This document shows positions 1 to 12,372 of a DNA stretch of 64,000 nucleotides, piece by piece; within the stretch, counting starts at the first letter, position 1; each line of letters opens with the position of its first letter. The notes under the pieces were generated by a model, which ran no database searches, was not told the origin of the DNA, and saw only the letters and a program-made list of their open reading frames with translations. The position numbers and the translations under genes were made by a program. Origin of the DNA: Eledone cirrhosa (taxonomy: Eukaryota); the NCBI GenBank assembly GCA_964016885.1, contig OZ024764.1, forward strand, positions 24,180,001 to 24,244,000. The letters are read 5' to 3'.

Positions 1-132
1 TTCAATCGGGGGTAACCACAGTAAGTAAGGTACTCAAAGTATAAATATTTAATATAGAAATGGCTTCTACAGGACTAGAACTGTTTCATTCGGGAGAAAT
101 CAGCAGTTGATATATATATATATACATACATA

Positions 133-163
<31 letters not shown>

Positions 164-164
164 C

Positions 165-202
<38 letters not shown>

Positions 203-925
203 GGGTATGTATATGTGTCGAAGTTTATTGTTCCAAACTGTATAGAATCTATTCCCCTAAAAAGACCTTAATACGCCACCACCACCTCCAGCTAACACTT
301 CAACAAAACCGTATATTCAATGCAATCTACAATATATATACATATACATACATATATATATATACATACATATCTATATATATATATATACCATACACAC
401 ACTCACGCCGAAGACTCCACACGGTAACCGCCATTGTAACTAAGGTAAACTAATTCAACGCCAAAGAGCGATTGCATTTACGATCGGATGTTTAAATGAC
501 TTGCTAGATATATATACACACATAAATATCTATATAATAAACATAAACACACTTTACCAGTTATAGTATGGCCATCCTGCTGGTATAATATAAAGTATTT
601 AAGTGTATATAGAGATAGAGAGAGGGTTGTCAACAAGTACTTGTTGACTTGTTTATAGTTGCAGTGAAGAGGTTCGAGATAGAAGGGAGATAATTACAGA
701 TATAAATCTACTTAGATTTTAATACACACACACATACATACATATATATATATATAAATTCCATACACTGGTGGTTTTTTCCCTGTATTATTGATAACGC
801 ACTGTATATCTCTCTCTGGTGTGTTACCTTCTCAACATATTATATTTTAAAGGGCTCAGGATCTCTTCCCCTTTGAGCACATTATTTACAGGGAATAACG
901 ACGGCCTATGCCTCCGTTAATTTAT

Positions 926-995
<70 letters not shown>

Positions 996-999
<4 letters not shown>

Positions 1000-1190
1000 T
1001 TAATATAGAAGAGATTCTACAGGACTAGAACTGTTTCATTCATTAGAAATCATCAGGATTCCTGATGATTTCTAATGAATGAAACAGTTCTAGTCCTGTA
1101 GAATCTCTTCTATATTAAAACTGTTATACTCTGCTATGTATTGAGTACCTTACTTACTGTGGTTACCTCCGATTCAACCCGGAATAACGT
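996..1190. mobile_element. Fold-back Penelope-type pLTR fragment; perfect 127-bp palindrome (996-1122) plus tail, in (TA)n
   Basis: Arms 996-1058 and 1060-1122 are exact reverse complements; contains CTGATGA-tttc..gaat-GAAAC hammerhead-like core; related copy on minus strand at 1-110. Confidence 0.6.
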
Positions 1191-1207
1191 ATATATATAT
1201 ATATATA

Positions 1208-1288
<81 letters not shown>

Positions 1289-1671
1289 GTAAAAGTTCTA
1301 TTTAAATTGTTGGGATACAACAAGCAAATATTTTTATAACTGATATAAAGCACTCAACAAATATTTGGAGTAAAAATACGATATTAACAAATGGAAACTA
1401 TATTTATAAAACCATATTTATTTCATTATACATATTTCAAGGACACCAAGTTAAATTATGGTGTGCTTTCATCAGATAAAATATAATATAGATCAGTTTT
1501 ATAAATACATATTGACATACCCTTAAAGAATGCAACCATTACTGTTGGAAGCTATCCGGGAGCTTCCAACAGTAATAATTTAACTTGGTGTCCTTGAAAT
1601 ATGTATAATGAAATAAATATGGTTTTATAAATATAGTTTCCATTTGTTAATATCGTATATATATATATTTT

Positions 1672-1725
<54 letters not shown>

Positions 1726-2104
1726 GCATACATGCACAGACACACACACACATATATATATATATATATGTGTGTGTGTCTGTGCATGTATGCACATATA
1801 ATATATATATATATATATATATACATGTGTGTGTCGAGATATATATATGTATGCACACACACACACACATATGTGTGTGTGTGTGTAGACATATATATAT
1901 GTATACAGAGACACACACACATATATATATGTATGTGTGTGTGTAGACATATATATGTATGCACACACACATATACATATATATATGCAGAAGTTATATT
2001 TAATTTGTTGGGATTCAACAAGCTTAAAAAGACCAACCAGCGAACCTTCAACCGTCAAGGTTGTTTTTTCTACGGGTGTGCCAACATTTATAAAACATAT
2101 TTTG

Positions 2105-2169
2105 TATTGTATCTGATGAAAGCGCACCAAAATTGCCTTGGTTGCCCTTGAAATATATATAATAAAATA
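2105..2169 (+). ncRNA. Type I minimal hammerhead ribozyme motif
   Basis: TATTGTAT-CTGATGA-stemII-GAAA-TATATA-TA-ATAAAATA. Confidence 0.65.
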
Positions 2170-2410
2170 ATTATTGTTTTATAAATATAGTTTCCATTTA
2201 TTAATATAATGTATATATATATATATATATACGATATTAATAAATGGAAACTATATTTATAAAACCATATTTATTTCATTATACATATTTTAGGGATACC
2301 AAATTAAATTATGGTATGCCTTCATCAGACAAAATACAATATATAACAGTTTTACAAATAAGCTTTGACGTACCCTATTAAAATGCAACCATTATTTTTG
2401 GAAGCCATTG

Positions 2411-2475
2411 TATTTTGTCTGATGAAGGCATACCATAATTTAATTTGGTATCCCTGAAATATGTATAATGAAATA
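2411..2475 (+). ncRNA. Type I minimal hammerhead ribozyme motif (antisense twin at ~2272-2336)
   Basis: TATTTTGT-CTGATGA-AGGCATACCA..TGGTATCCCT-GAAA-TATGTA-TA-ATGAAATA. Confidence 0.7.
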
Positions 2476-2603
2476 AATATGGTTTTATAAATATAGTTTC
2501 CATTTATTAATATCGTATATCTACTCCAAAAACTTGTCGAGTGCTTTATATCAGTTATAAAAATATTTACTTGTTGTATCCCAACAATTTTAAATAGAAC
2601 TTT

Positions 2604-2671
<68 letters not shown>

Positions 2672-3062
2672 AATTTGTCACTACTCTAAAACAATAGCAT
2701 ACGGTCTTCAAAATGCTTTTAATTAAGCATAAAGTGTATTGCAAAATACATTATATATATACATCCATATATATATTGCTATTTCAGAGCTCCAATTCTA
2801 ATATATATATACGATATTAAACAAATGGAAACTATATTTATAAAACCATATTTATTTCATTATACATATTTCGGGGATACCATATTAAAAATATGGCATG
2901 CCTTCTTCAGATAAAATACAATATATAAACAGTTTTATAAATAATTTTGACGTACCATAAATATTGATCAACTTTTATGTAAGAAGTTGGTTTGGTTCTT
3001 ACATAAAAGTTGATCAATATTTATGGTACGTCAAAATTATTTATAAAACTGCTTATATATTG

Positions 3063-3128
3063 TATTTTATCTGAAGAAGGCATGCCATATTTTTAATATG
3101 GTATCCCCGAAATATGTATAATGAAATA
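3063..3128 (+). ncRNA. Type I minimal hammerhead ribozyme motif (antisense twin at ~2853-2918)
   Basis: TATTTTAT-CTGAAGA-stemII-GAAA-TATGTA-TA-ATGAAATA. Confidence 0.7.
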
Positions 3129-3255
3129 AATATGGTTTTATAAATATAGTTTCCATTTGTTTAATATCGTATATCTACTCCAAAATTTGTTGAGTGCTTT
3201 ATACCTGTTATAAAATATTTACTTGTTGTAACCCAACAATTTTAAATAAAACTTT

Positions 3256-3298
<43 letters not shown>

Positions 3299-3478
3299 CG
3301 TATGTACTTTTGGTATTGTGCTCGTTGAATACGAAACTAACAGCTACAGATATTGGCCAGCTCTGCTCCATTTCCTAACAGTGGAATATTTAAACTTCAT
3401 TTCTTTCCATGTTTGTAAATATTTATATTTTCTCTTTGTAAATAGACACATTTATATATATATACCTATTGTTTTTCC

Positions 3479-3525
<47 letters not shown>

Positions 3526-3638
3526 GTAGCCGATAATTTTATCTAACTTTTAATTTTTCCCGTATTTTACCCGATTTTCTAAGTATTCACAATTATATTT
3601 CTACGCCCGAGTTTCTTACTTTACACACACACACCTTC

Positions 3639-3674
<36 letters not shown>

Positions 3675-3836
3675 TCACATATCTATATATACACTCTGTT
3701 ACAGATATCAGTTTTAACACCTAGCATTAAAACTATTATTTTACAACAAAATAATTGACGACGACGACAACAACAACAACAGCAGCATTTATATTTTACA
3801 ACTACTGTAGCAAGATTTTACGAACATAGATTCACC

Positions 3837-6800
3837 ATGTCTTCCGATGACGTTGATATAGACGAGATGTTTACGAAAATAAGCGAAAAGTTGGGTTGGA
3901 TGGAATTAGGTGGTGTAGACTCTGCAATTAGTTCTTTGAAGAAGAAACAGAGGACAAAGAAGAGCGCAAAAAAACGCCCCACCGCCACCAAAATAAACGG
4001 GTCTCCATCTAACAATACCACTAGCAAAATGAGCAGTTCGCTATCTTCTAACAACACCACCAAAATGAACAGCTCTCTCTCTTCTAACATCACCTCCACC
4101 AAAATGAACAGTTTACCGTCTTCTAACACCACCACCACCAAAATGAACAGCTCTCTCTCTTCTAACATCACCACCACCAAAATGAACAGTTTACCGTCTT
4201 CTAACACCACCACCACCAAAATGAACAGCTCTCTCTCTTCTAACATCACCACCACCAAAATGAAGAGTTTACCGTCTTCTAACACCACCACCACCAAAAT
4301 GAACAGCTCTCTCTCTTCTAACATCACCACCACCAAAATGAACAGTTTACCGTCTTCTAACACCACCACCACCAAAATGAACAGCTCTCTCTCTTCTAAC
4401 ATCACCACCACCAAAATGAACAGTTTACCGTCTTCTAACAACAACAACACCTCCACTAAAATGAACAGTTTACCGTCTTCTAACACCACCACCACCTCTA
4501 CCCTGTCAAAGGTTAAACCCCGGCTTAAAACTAAGAAACAGGATGTGAAGTCTGTGAAAGCTAACAACAGCAATATTACGACCAGTCTCAGCCAGAAAGA
4601 TGGAACTGGACAAAGAACTGTGGCTAAATTACACCATTATAGTTCTAACTTAGAGAAGGAAGAATTAGGGGCTGTGATAACACAAGGGTCCCCTGACCAC
4701 TCATGTTTGGCTGCCATTGCTGGTGTTAATAATAACAACAACAATGATAACAATCATTGTCACAGTAATGATTATGATGAGGACAAATTAGGCAGGAACA
4801 GGACAAGCATAGACAGTGCTGTATTTTTCGCTCCGCCCAACCAACGTGCAGCATCCCATCACTATAGCGACAGCTCTAGTAACAACAGCCTCAGGAACCA
4901 ATCAGATTTGTCTAATTTCGACGACTCTGTTATGACAGCTGATATTTTAAAGAAATTCTCGTTCCTGTCTGATGACTCGACATCCGAAAGATCTTTAAAT
5001 AAGAGTGATACAATTTCCAATTCCTCAATCACTGACAATTCTGTAAAGAAAGGTCCTTTAATGGAGACAAATAAAACACCTACAACTGCTGAAGCTGTGA
5101 AGACATTGGTGAGTCCTAGTACGCCAGTTTCGATTGCTAGGTCTGTGCCCTCACAAAGGAATCTTCGCACATCCCCAACATTTAATTCAGTACATCGATC
5201 TAGCATTGATGGCAATTCTGATGATGATGATGATGTTAGTGGTTTTTGCAGTGATGAAGAAGAACAAATACCACAAACACCAAAATATATTGTCAAAGAA
5301 TATTTTATTTCTGATGACGATGATGATGATTATGGAGATGTTATTGATTGTGATGATGTTTTGGATATTAAAGAAGTGGAGCCAACATCAGACAATTCCA
5401 TCCGGACTCCTTTAGTTGCCCTTGCTAAAAGACTCTGCCACTCAGAGGTCCGAAATCACAAGTACTACGACAACAACAACAACAACACTACCACTACTAC
5501 TACTTGCAGAAACAAGAACACTGGTAGTAGCTACAACAACAACAAGAACAATGGTAGCAACAGCAATAATGTAGGAACTAAAACCTGGAAAGCACGAGAA
5601 CAGTCCAATATATATTTGTCAACAGACAGCAGTAGTGACAATGATGATATATTTGAGGCATTTTTGGAGAAAGTGAAGACACCGGTCCGTAAAAAGTCAA
5701 CCTCATCGGCCATGCCAATGGACCAGTTCGTCGTCTCCGACTCGGAATTGTCGAGTGAGGACAGTGACAATGAAGAGAAATATTCAGTCTCGCTTTACCA
5801 CCGCACCCGTCCACTTAGTCCGGATATCACACCTTTAAAAGGCAGCTCTAGAGGTGACCATTTACCCTCAGGTCTTAAAGAAAAGCCACATCGATTGAAA
5901 CCTTGTGAAAACCAGCCTAACACGACTGTAAAACCAATCAGGGAGACCAAGCCAAAAATAAAAGGGGGCAAACACAACAAAAATAATGATGATGTGTTTA
6001 GAAAGCCAGGCGCCATTGCTACTGCCCACCGTAATAATACTCCTGCTGGATCTAACCCTGCAGGGACAAGATTAAAGACCCTAGTGTGGGGAAAGATATC
6101 CACACCCTTGAACAATGTGTTACTGAACATTCCACAGGCTGGGAAAGTACCCCAAACCTGTCCACATCTGAAGTCCTTGCATCATCAAACGATTAACAAA
6201 CGACCTAATGATGACAACTACACAAGTTTCTTGAAATCTCTGTCAGAAAACACTGAAAACCTAGCTGGCACCAATGAAGAAGCAAAGAAGTTTGTGAAAT
6301 ATTTCAAGAAATACCAAGTGGAGCTTGTGAAAAAACTTTTCAAGATTTACAACGATACAGTCTTTGATAACAAGTTTCCAGCAGACTTCCCGATAATTTG
6401 GAACAAGCGCCTGCTGACCACTGCAGGCAAGTGTAAACTAAAACGTAAGACGAGTGTTCGAGATAAGACTCAAGTAGAGAGGACATCAGAAATACAACTG
6501 GCCTCCAAAGTGTGTGACACGGCTGAACGAGTGCGTGACACACTCATCCATGAGTTGTGTCATGCAGCAGTGTGGTTGTTCAACGGCAGTCGTGAAGGGC
6601 ATGGCCCTCTTTGGAAGTCGTGGGCGAGTCGAGCAAACCGGCGCTACCCTTCCGCTCTCGCTGTAATCAAACGCTGCCATAACTATGAAATTGCCAAGAA
6701 GTTCACCTACAAGTGTGTCAAATGTGGCTACAGCTTTGGACGCCATTCCAAGTCCCTGGACACAACAAAGAAAGTTTGCGGCTACTGTCGTGGCAAATTT

Positions 6801-6995
6801 GTGCTGGTCACCAGCTCGGGCTCTACCAATGATTTCAACATGGGAAACTCGGCGACCACCCCGGCACGTACACCGAATAAGTTTGCCTTGTTTGTCAAAG
6901 AACACTACGGAACTGTGAAGAAAACAAATGTTGCTTCCCATAAAGAGGTTATGAACATTCTCAGTGAGAAATTCAAACAGTCCAAGATCTGGTGA
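3837..6995 (+). CDS. GCNA: Germ cell nuclear acidic protein / acidic repeat-containing protein (SprT-family DNA-protein crosslink protease), 1052 aa
   Basis: Long S/T/N/D-rich disordered N-terminus; SprT domain (WNKRLLTTAG...RDTLIHELCHAA...HGPLWKSWA, HExxH); CxxC..CxxC zinc finger (CVKCG..CGYCRG); HMG-like end (PNKFALFVKEHY). This architecture is diagnostic of GCNA/ACRC. Confidence 0.93.
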   Translation: MSSDDVDIDEMFTKISEKLGWMELGGVDSAISSLKKKQRTKKSAKKRPTATKINGSPSNNTTSKMSSSLSSNNTTKMNSSLSSNITSTKMNSLPSSNTTTTKMNSSLSSNITTTKMNSLPSSNTTTTKMNSSLSSNITTTKMKSLPSSNTTTTKMNSSLSSNITTTKMNSLPSSNTTTTKMNSSLSSNITTTKMNSLPSSNNNNTSTKMNSLPSSNTTTTSTLSKVKPRLKTKKQDVKSVKANNSNITTSLSQKDGTGQRTVAKLHHYSSNLEKEELGAVITQGSPDHSCLAAIAGVNNNNNNDNNHCHSNDYDEDKLGRNRTSIDSAVFFAPPNQRAASHHYSDSSSNNSLRNQSDLSNFDDSVMTADILKKFSFLSDDSTSERSLNKSDTISNSSITDNSVKKGPLMETNKTPTTAEAVKTLVSPSTPVSIARSVPSQRNLRTSPTFNSVHRSSIDGNSDDDDDVSGFCSDEEEQIPQTPKYIVKEYFISDDDDDDYGDVIDCDDVLDIKEVEPTSDNSIRTPLVALAKRLCHSEVRNHKYYDNNNNNTTTTTTCRNKNTGSSYNNNKNNGSNSNNVGTKTWKAREQSNIYLSTDSSSDNDDIFEAFLEKVKTPVRKKSTSSAMPMDQFVVSDSELSSEDSDNEEKYSVSLYHRTRPLSPDITPLKGSSRGDHLPSGLKEKPHRLKPCENQPNTTVKPIRETKPKIKGGKHNKNNDDVFRKPGAIATAHRNNTPAGSNPAGTRLKTLVWGKISTPLNNVLLNIPQAGKVPQTCPHLKSLHHQTINKRPNDDNYTSFLKSLSENTENLAGTNEEAKKFVKYFKKYQVELVKKLFKIYNDTVFDNKFPADFPIIWNKRLLTTAGKCKLKRKTSVRDKTQVERTSEIQLASKVCDTAERVRDTLIHELCHAAVWLFNGSREGHGPLWKSWASRANRRYPSALAVIKRCHNYEIAKKFTYKCVKCGYSFGRHSKSLDTTKKVCGYCRGKFVLVTSSGSTNDFNMGNSATTPARTPNKFALFVKEHYGTVKKTNVASHKEVMNILSEKFKQSKIW
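4010..4497 (+). repeat. In-frame 39-bp coding minisatellite (~12 units, alternating A/B types)
   Basis: KMNSSLSSNITTT alternates with KMNSLPSSNTTTT. Confidence 0.9.
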
Positions 6996-7075
6996 GTAAC
7001 AGGATTTTGTTTAAACATCTCTGTCTATAAATATATGTAGAGAGAAATAAATATACATATATATATGTATATAAT

Positions 7076-7415
7076 GGAGGCACATGGCTTAGTGGTTAGA
7101 GCATTGGCCTTGCAATCGAAAGGTTGTGAGTTCAATTCTCAGACCGGGTGATGTGTTGTTTCCTTGAGCAAGACACTTTATTTCACATTGCTCCAGTTTA
7201 CTCAACTGTAAAAATGAGATGATAGGGACTGGGGTCCCTATCATTCCACTGTAGAGTGGTCATGGAGGTGCCACAGCAAAAAAGCACCCAGCACTCACTG
7301 TAAATGAGGTTGGTGTTAGGAAGGGCATCCAGCTGTAGAAATCAAGCCAGAATCAGTTCCCGTCCCACCCTTGCAAGCAGAGAAAAGCGGACGTAAAATG
7401 AAATGATGATGATGA
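7076..7415 (+). mobile_element. tRNA-derived CORE-type SINE with RTE-derived 3' tail
   Basis: A box TGGCTTAGTGG and B box GTTCAATTC; CORE-like CCTTGAGCAAGACACTT..CTCCAGTTTACTC..CTGTAAAAATGAG; tail matches RTE 3'UTR at 15600-15665; (GAT)n end. Confidence 0.85.
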
Positions 7416-7423
7416 TATGTGTG

Positions 7424-7778
7424 TCATCATCATTACATCCGTTCTTCCATACTAGCATGGGTTAGACGGATTGTCCTGTTGTGGGCAGTGTCTGGTTGGC
7501 TGACCATGCCTTGCTCATACAGGAACTGATTTTGGCTTGATTTCTACAGCTGGATGCCTTTCCTAACACCAACCTCATTTACAGTGAGTGCTGGGTGCTT
7601 TTTCGTGGCGCCTACACGTCCACTTTACAGTGTGGGCTGGGTGCTTTTTTGCCGTGGCACCTCCACGACCACTTTGCAGTGGGAGGGTGTGGGGGCATAT
7701 TGTCTATATGCTTCAGCTTGTACCCATGGGAGGTCGGGTACTCTGTATTACTGTGTGACGCCAGATGTCACGGTTGTG
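7424..7778 (-). mobile_element. RTE LINE 3' fragment
   Basis: Reverse complement of ~15420-15778. Confidence 0.85.
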
Positions 7779-8189
7779 TGTGTATATATATATATATTAG
7801 GATTCGTGCTATGAAATAGTGATGTATACATGAATGTATGTAGAGTATATTTGGCAATATACTGTATGTTTAATTAAAAACATTTTAAAGACCTTTCGCT
7901 AAGAGTTTTAAAGTAGTGACTGTGTCACTTAGTCTCGGCAAATAAGTAAGTATGAAACAGTCTTTTGTACTGTTTATTATAATAAATTACTGTATTTGAG
8001 CTGCTTTAACTTCACCTATTTATATTGGTTTTGTAAAAAATGATATTTCTTTCATATATCATCATCGTTTAACGTCCATCATCCATGCTAGCATGGGTTG
8101 GACAGGTTTGCCCACTAGAAGCAAGATTAGTCGGGAGACCATGTCTCGCTTGTACAGGTTTTCTACTGCTGAATGACCTTCCTACCACC

Positions 8190-11100
8190 AACCACTTTAC
8201 AGTGTGGACTGAGTGTAGTTTGTTGTGACACCTACATGACCACTTTACAGTGTGGACTGGGTGTAGTTTGTTGTGACACCTACATGACCACTTTACAGTG
8301 TGGACTGGGTGTAGTTTGTTGTGACACCTACATGACCACTTTACAGTGTAGACTGGGTACTTTTTGTTGTGACACCTACATGACCACTTTACAGTGTGGA
8401 CTGGGTACTTTTTGTTGTGACACCTACATGACCACTTTACAGTGTGGACTGAGTGTAGTTTGTTGTGACACCTACATGACCACTTTACAGTGTGGACTGG
8501 GTGTAGTTTGTTGTGACACCTACATGACCACTTTACAGTGTGGACTGGGTGTAGTTTGTTGTGACACCTACATGACCACTTTACAGTGTAGACTGGGTAC
8601 TTTTTGTTGTGACACCTACATGACCACTTTACAGTGTGGACTGGGTGCTTTTTATTGTGACACCTACATGACCACTTTACAGTGTGGAATGGGTACTTTT
8701 TGTTGTGACACCTACATGACCACTTTACAGTGTGGACTGAGTGTAGTTTGTTGTGACACCTACATGACCACTTTACAGTGTGGACTGGGTACTTTTTGTT
8801 GTGACACCTACATGACCACTTTACAGTGTGGACTGAGTGTAGTTTGTTGTGACACCTACATGACCACTTTACAGTGTGGACTGGGTACTTTTTGTTGTGA
8901 CACCTACATGACCACTTTACAGTGTGGACTGGGTACTTTTTGTTGTGACACCTACATTACTACTTTACAGTGTGGACTGGGTACTTTTTGTTGTGACACC
9001 TACATGACCACTTTACAGTGTGTGATGGGTGCTTTTTGTTGTGACACCTACATGACCACTTTACAGTGTGGACTGGGTGTTGTTTGTTGTGACACCTACA
9101 TGACCACTTTACAGTGTGGACTGGGTACTTTTTGTTGTGACACCTACATGACCACTTTACAGTGTGGACTGGGTACTTTTTGTTGTGACACCTACATGAC
9201 CACTTTACAGTGTGGACTGGGTGTTGTTTGTTGTGACACCTACATGACCACTTTACAGTGTGGACTGGGTACTTTTTGTCTTGACACCTACATGACCACT
9301 TTACAGTGTGGACTGGGTACTTTTTGTCATGACACCTACATGACCACTTTACAGTGTGGACTGGGTACTTTTTGTTGTGACACCTACATGACCACTTTAC
9401 AGTGTGGACTGGGTGCTGTTTGTTGTGACACCTACGTGACCACTTTACAGTGTGGACTGCGTGTTGTTTGTTGTGACACCTACATGACCACTTTACAGTG
9501 TGGACTGGCTACTTTTTGTTGTGACACCTACATGACCACTTTACAGTGTGGAATGGGTGCTTTTTGTTGTGACACCTACATGACCACTTTACAGTGTGGA
9601 CTGGGTACTTTTTGTTGTGACACCTACATGACCACTTTACAGTGTGGAATGGGTGCTTTTTGTTGTGACACCTACATGACCACTTTACAGTGTGGACTGG
9701 GTACTTTTTGTTGTGACACCTACATGACCACTTTACAGTGTGGAATGGGTGCTTTTTGTTGTGACACCTACATGACCACTTTACAGTGTGGACTGGGTGC
9801 TGTTTGTTGTGACACCTACATGACCACTTTACAGTCTGGACTGGGTGTTGTTTGTTGTGACACTTACGTGACCACTTTACAGTGTGGACTGGGTGTTGTT
9901 TGTTGTGACACCTACATGACTACTTTACAGTCTGGACTGGGTGTTGTTTGTTGTGACACCTACGTGACCACTTTACAGTGTGGACTGGGTGTTGTTTGTT
10001 GTGACACCTACATGACCACTTTACAGTGTGGACTGGGTACTTTTTGTTGTGACACCTACATGACCACTTTACAGAGTGGACTGGGTACTTTTTGTTGTGA
10101 CACCTACATGACCACTTTACAGTGTGGACTGCGTGTTGTTTGTTGTGACACCTACATGACCACTTTACAGAGTGGACTGGGTACTTTTTGTTGTGACACC
10201 TACATGACCACTTTACAGTGTGGACTGGGTACTTTTTGTTGTGACACCTACATGACCACTTTACAGTGTGGACTGCGTGTTGTTTGTTGTGACACCTACA
10301 TGACCACTTTACAGTGTGGACTAGGTACTTTTTGTTGTGACACCTACATGACCACTTTACAGTGTGGACTAGGTACTTTTTGTTGTGACACCTACATGAC
10401 CACTTTACAGTGTGGACTGCGTGTTGTTTGTTGTGACACCTACATGACCACTTTACAGAGTGGACTGGGTACTTTTTGTTGTGACACCTACATGACCACT
10501 TTACAGAGTGGACTGGGTACTTTTTGTTGTGACACCTACATGACCACTTTACAGTGTGGACTGCGTGTTGTTTGTTGTGACACCTACATGACCACTTTAC
10601 AGTGTGGACTGGGTACTTTTTGTTGTGACACCTACATGACCACTTTACAGTGTGGACTGCGTGTTGTTTGTTGTGACACCTACATGACCACTTTACAGTG
10701 TGGACTGAGTGTAGTTTGTTGTGACACCTACATCACCACTTTACAGTGTAGACTGGGTACTTTTTGTTGTGACACCTACATGACCACTTTACAGTGTGTA
10801 CTGGGTACTTTTTGTTGTGACACCTACATGACCACTTTACAGTGTGGACTGAGTACCTTTTGTTGTGACACCTACTTGACCAATTTACAGTGTGGACTGG
10901 GTGTTGTTTGTTGTGACACCTACATGACCACTTTACAGTGTGGACTGGTACTTTTTGTTGTGACACCTACATGACCACTTTACAGTGTGGACTGGTACTT
11001 TTTGTTGTGACACCTACATGACCACTTTACAGTGTGGACTGGTACTTTTTGTTGTGACACCTACATGACCACTTTACAGTGTGGACTGGTACTTTTTGTT

Positions 11101-12372
11101 GTGACACCTACATGACCACTTTACAGTGTGGACTGGGTACTTTTTGTTGTGACACCTACATGACCACTTTACAGAGTGGACTGGGTACTTTTTGTTGTGA
11201 CACCTACATGACCACTTTACAGTGTGGACTGCGTGTTGTTTGTTGTGACACCTACATGACCACTTTACAGTGTGGACTGGGTACTTTTTGTTGTGACACC
11301 TACATGACCACTTTACAGTGTGGACTGCGTGTTGTTTGTTGTGACACCTACATGACCACTTTACAGTGTGGACTGAGTGTAGTTTGTTGTGACACCTACA
11401 TCACCACTTTACAGTGTAGACTGGGTACTTTTTGTTGTGACACCTACATGACCACTTTACAGTGTGTACTGGGTACTTTTTGTTGTGACACCTACATGAC
11501 CACTTTACAGTGTGGACTGAGTACCTTTTGTTGTGACACCTACTTGACCAATTTACAGTGTGGACTGGGTGTTGTTTGTTGTGACACCTACATGACCACT
11601 TTACAGTGTGGACTGGTACTTTTTGTTGTGACACCTACATGACCACTTTACAGTGTGGACTGGTACTTTTTGTTGTGACACCTACATGACCACTTTACAG
11701 TGTGGACTGGTACTTTTTGTTGTGACACCTACATGACCACTTTACAGTGTGGACTGGTACTTTTTGTTGTGACACCTACATGACCACTTTACAGTGTGGA
11801 CTGGGTACTTTTTGTTGTGACACCTACATGACCACTTTACAGTGTGGACTGGGTACTTTTTGTTGTGACACCTACATGACCACTTTACAGTGTGGACTGG
11901 GTACTTTTTGTTGTGACACCTACATGACCACTTTACAGTGTGGACTGGGTACTTTTTGTTGTGACACCTACATGACTAATTTACAGTGTGTACTGGGTAC
12001 TGTTTGTTGTGACACCTACATGATCACTTTAAAGTGTGGACTGGGTACTTTTTGTTGTGACACCTACATGACCACTTTACAGTGTCAATTGGGTACTTTT
12101 TGTTGTGACACCTACATGACTAATTTACAGTGTGTACTGGGTACTGTTTGTTGTGACACCTACATGACCACTTTACAGTGTGGACTGGGTACTTTTTGTT
12201 GTGACACCTACATGACTAATTTACAGTGTGTACTGGGTACTGTTTGTTGTGACACCTACATGACCACTTTACAGTGTAGACGGTTCTTTTTGTTGTGACA
12301 CCTACATGACCACTTTACAGTGTGGACTGAGTGTAGTTTGTTGTGACACCTACATGACCACTTTACAGTGGA
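8190..12372. repeat. 48-bp tandem minisatellite (~87 units) derived from an RTE 3'UTR segment
   Basis: Unit ACCACTTTACAGTGTGGACTGGGTACTTTTTGTTGTGACACCTACATG; emerges from an RTE-tail fragment at 8060-8200; low-copy version at 27575-27650. Confidence 0.95.

Larger units (their letters stand above)
1290..3258. mobile_element. Cluster of inverted-repeat, hammerhead-bearing non-autonomous elements (Penelope-like pLTR derivatives) separated by (TA)n/(CA)n
   Basis: Inverted repeats at ~1378-1657, ~2230-2520, ~2810-3172; the shared motif ATGGAAACTATATTTATAAAACCATATTTATTTCATTATACATATTTC recurs on both strands. Confidence 0.7.

Noticed and set aside
3818-4573. 251-aa hydrophobic antisense ORF
   Set aside because: Shadow of the GCNA coding repeat
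7076-7150. tRNA gene
   Set aside because: A/B boxes belong to a multi-copy SINE head; no complete cloverleaf or terminator
8173-12298. 933-aa Cys-rich repeat ORF and its continuations
   Set aside because: By-product of a 48-bp (multiple of 3) non-coding repeat derived from an RTE 3'UTR; 47-bp units break the frame; no signal peptide or unique domain
8190-12372. CRISPR-like appearance of the tandem arrays and of the 38-45 kb motif
   Set aside because: No unique constant-length spacers, no cas genes, eukaryotic context
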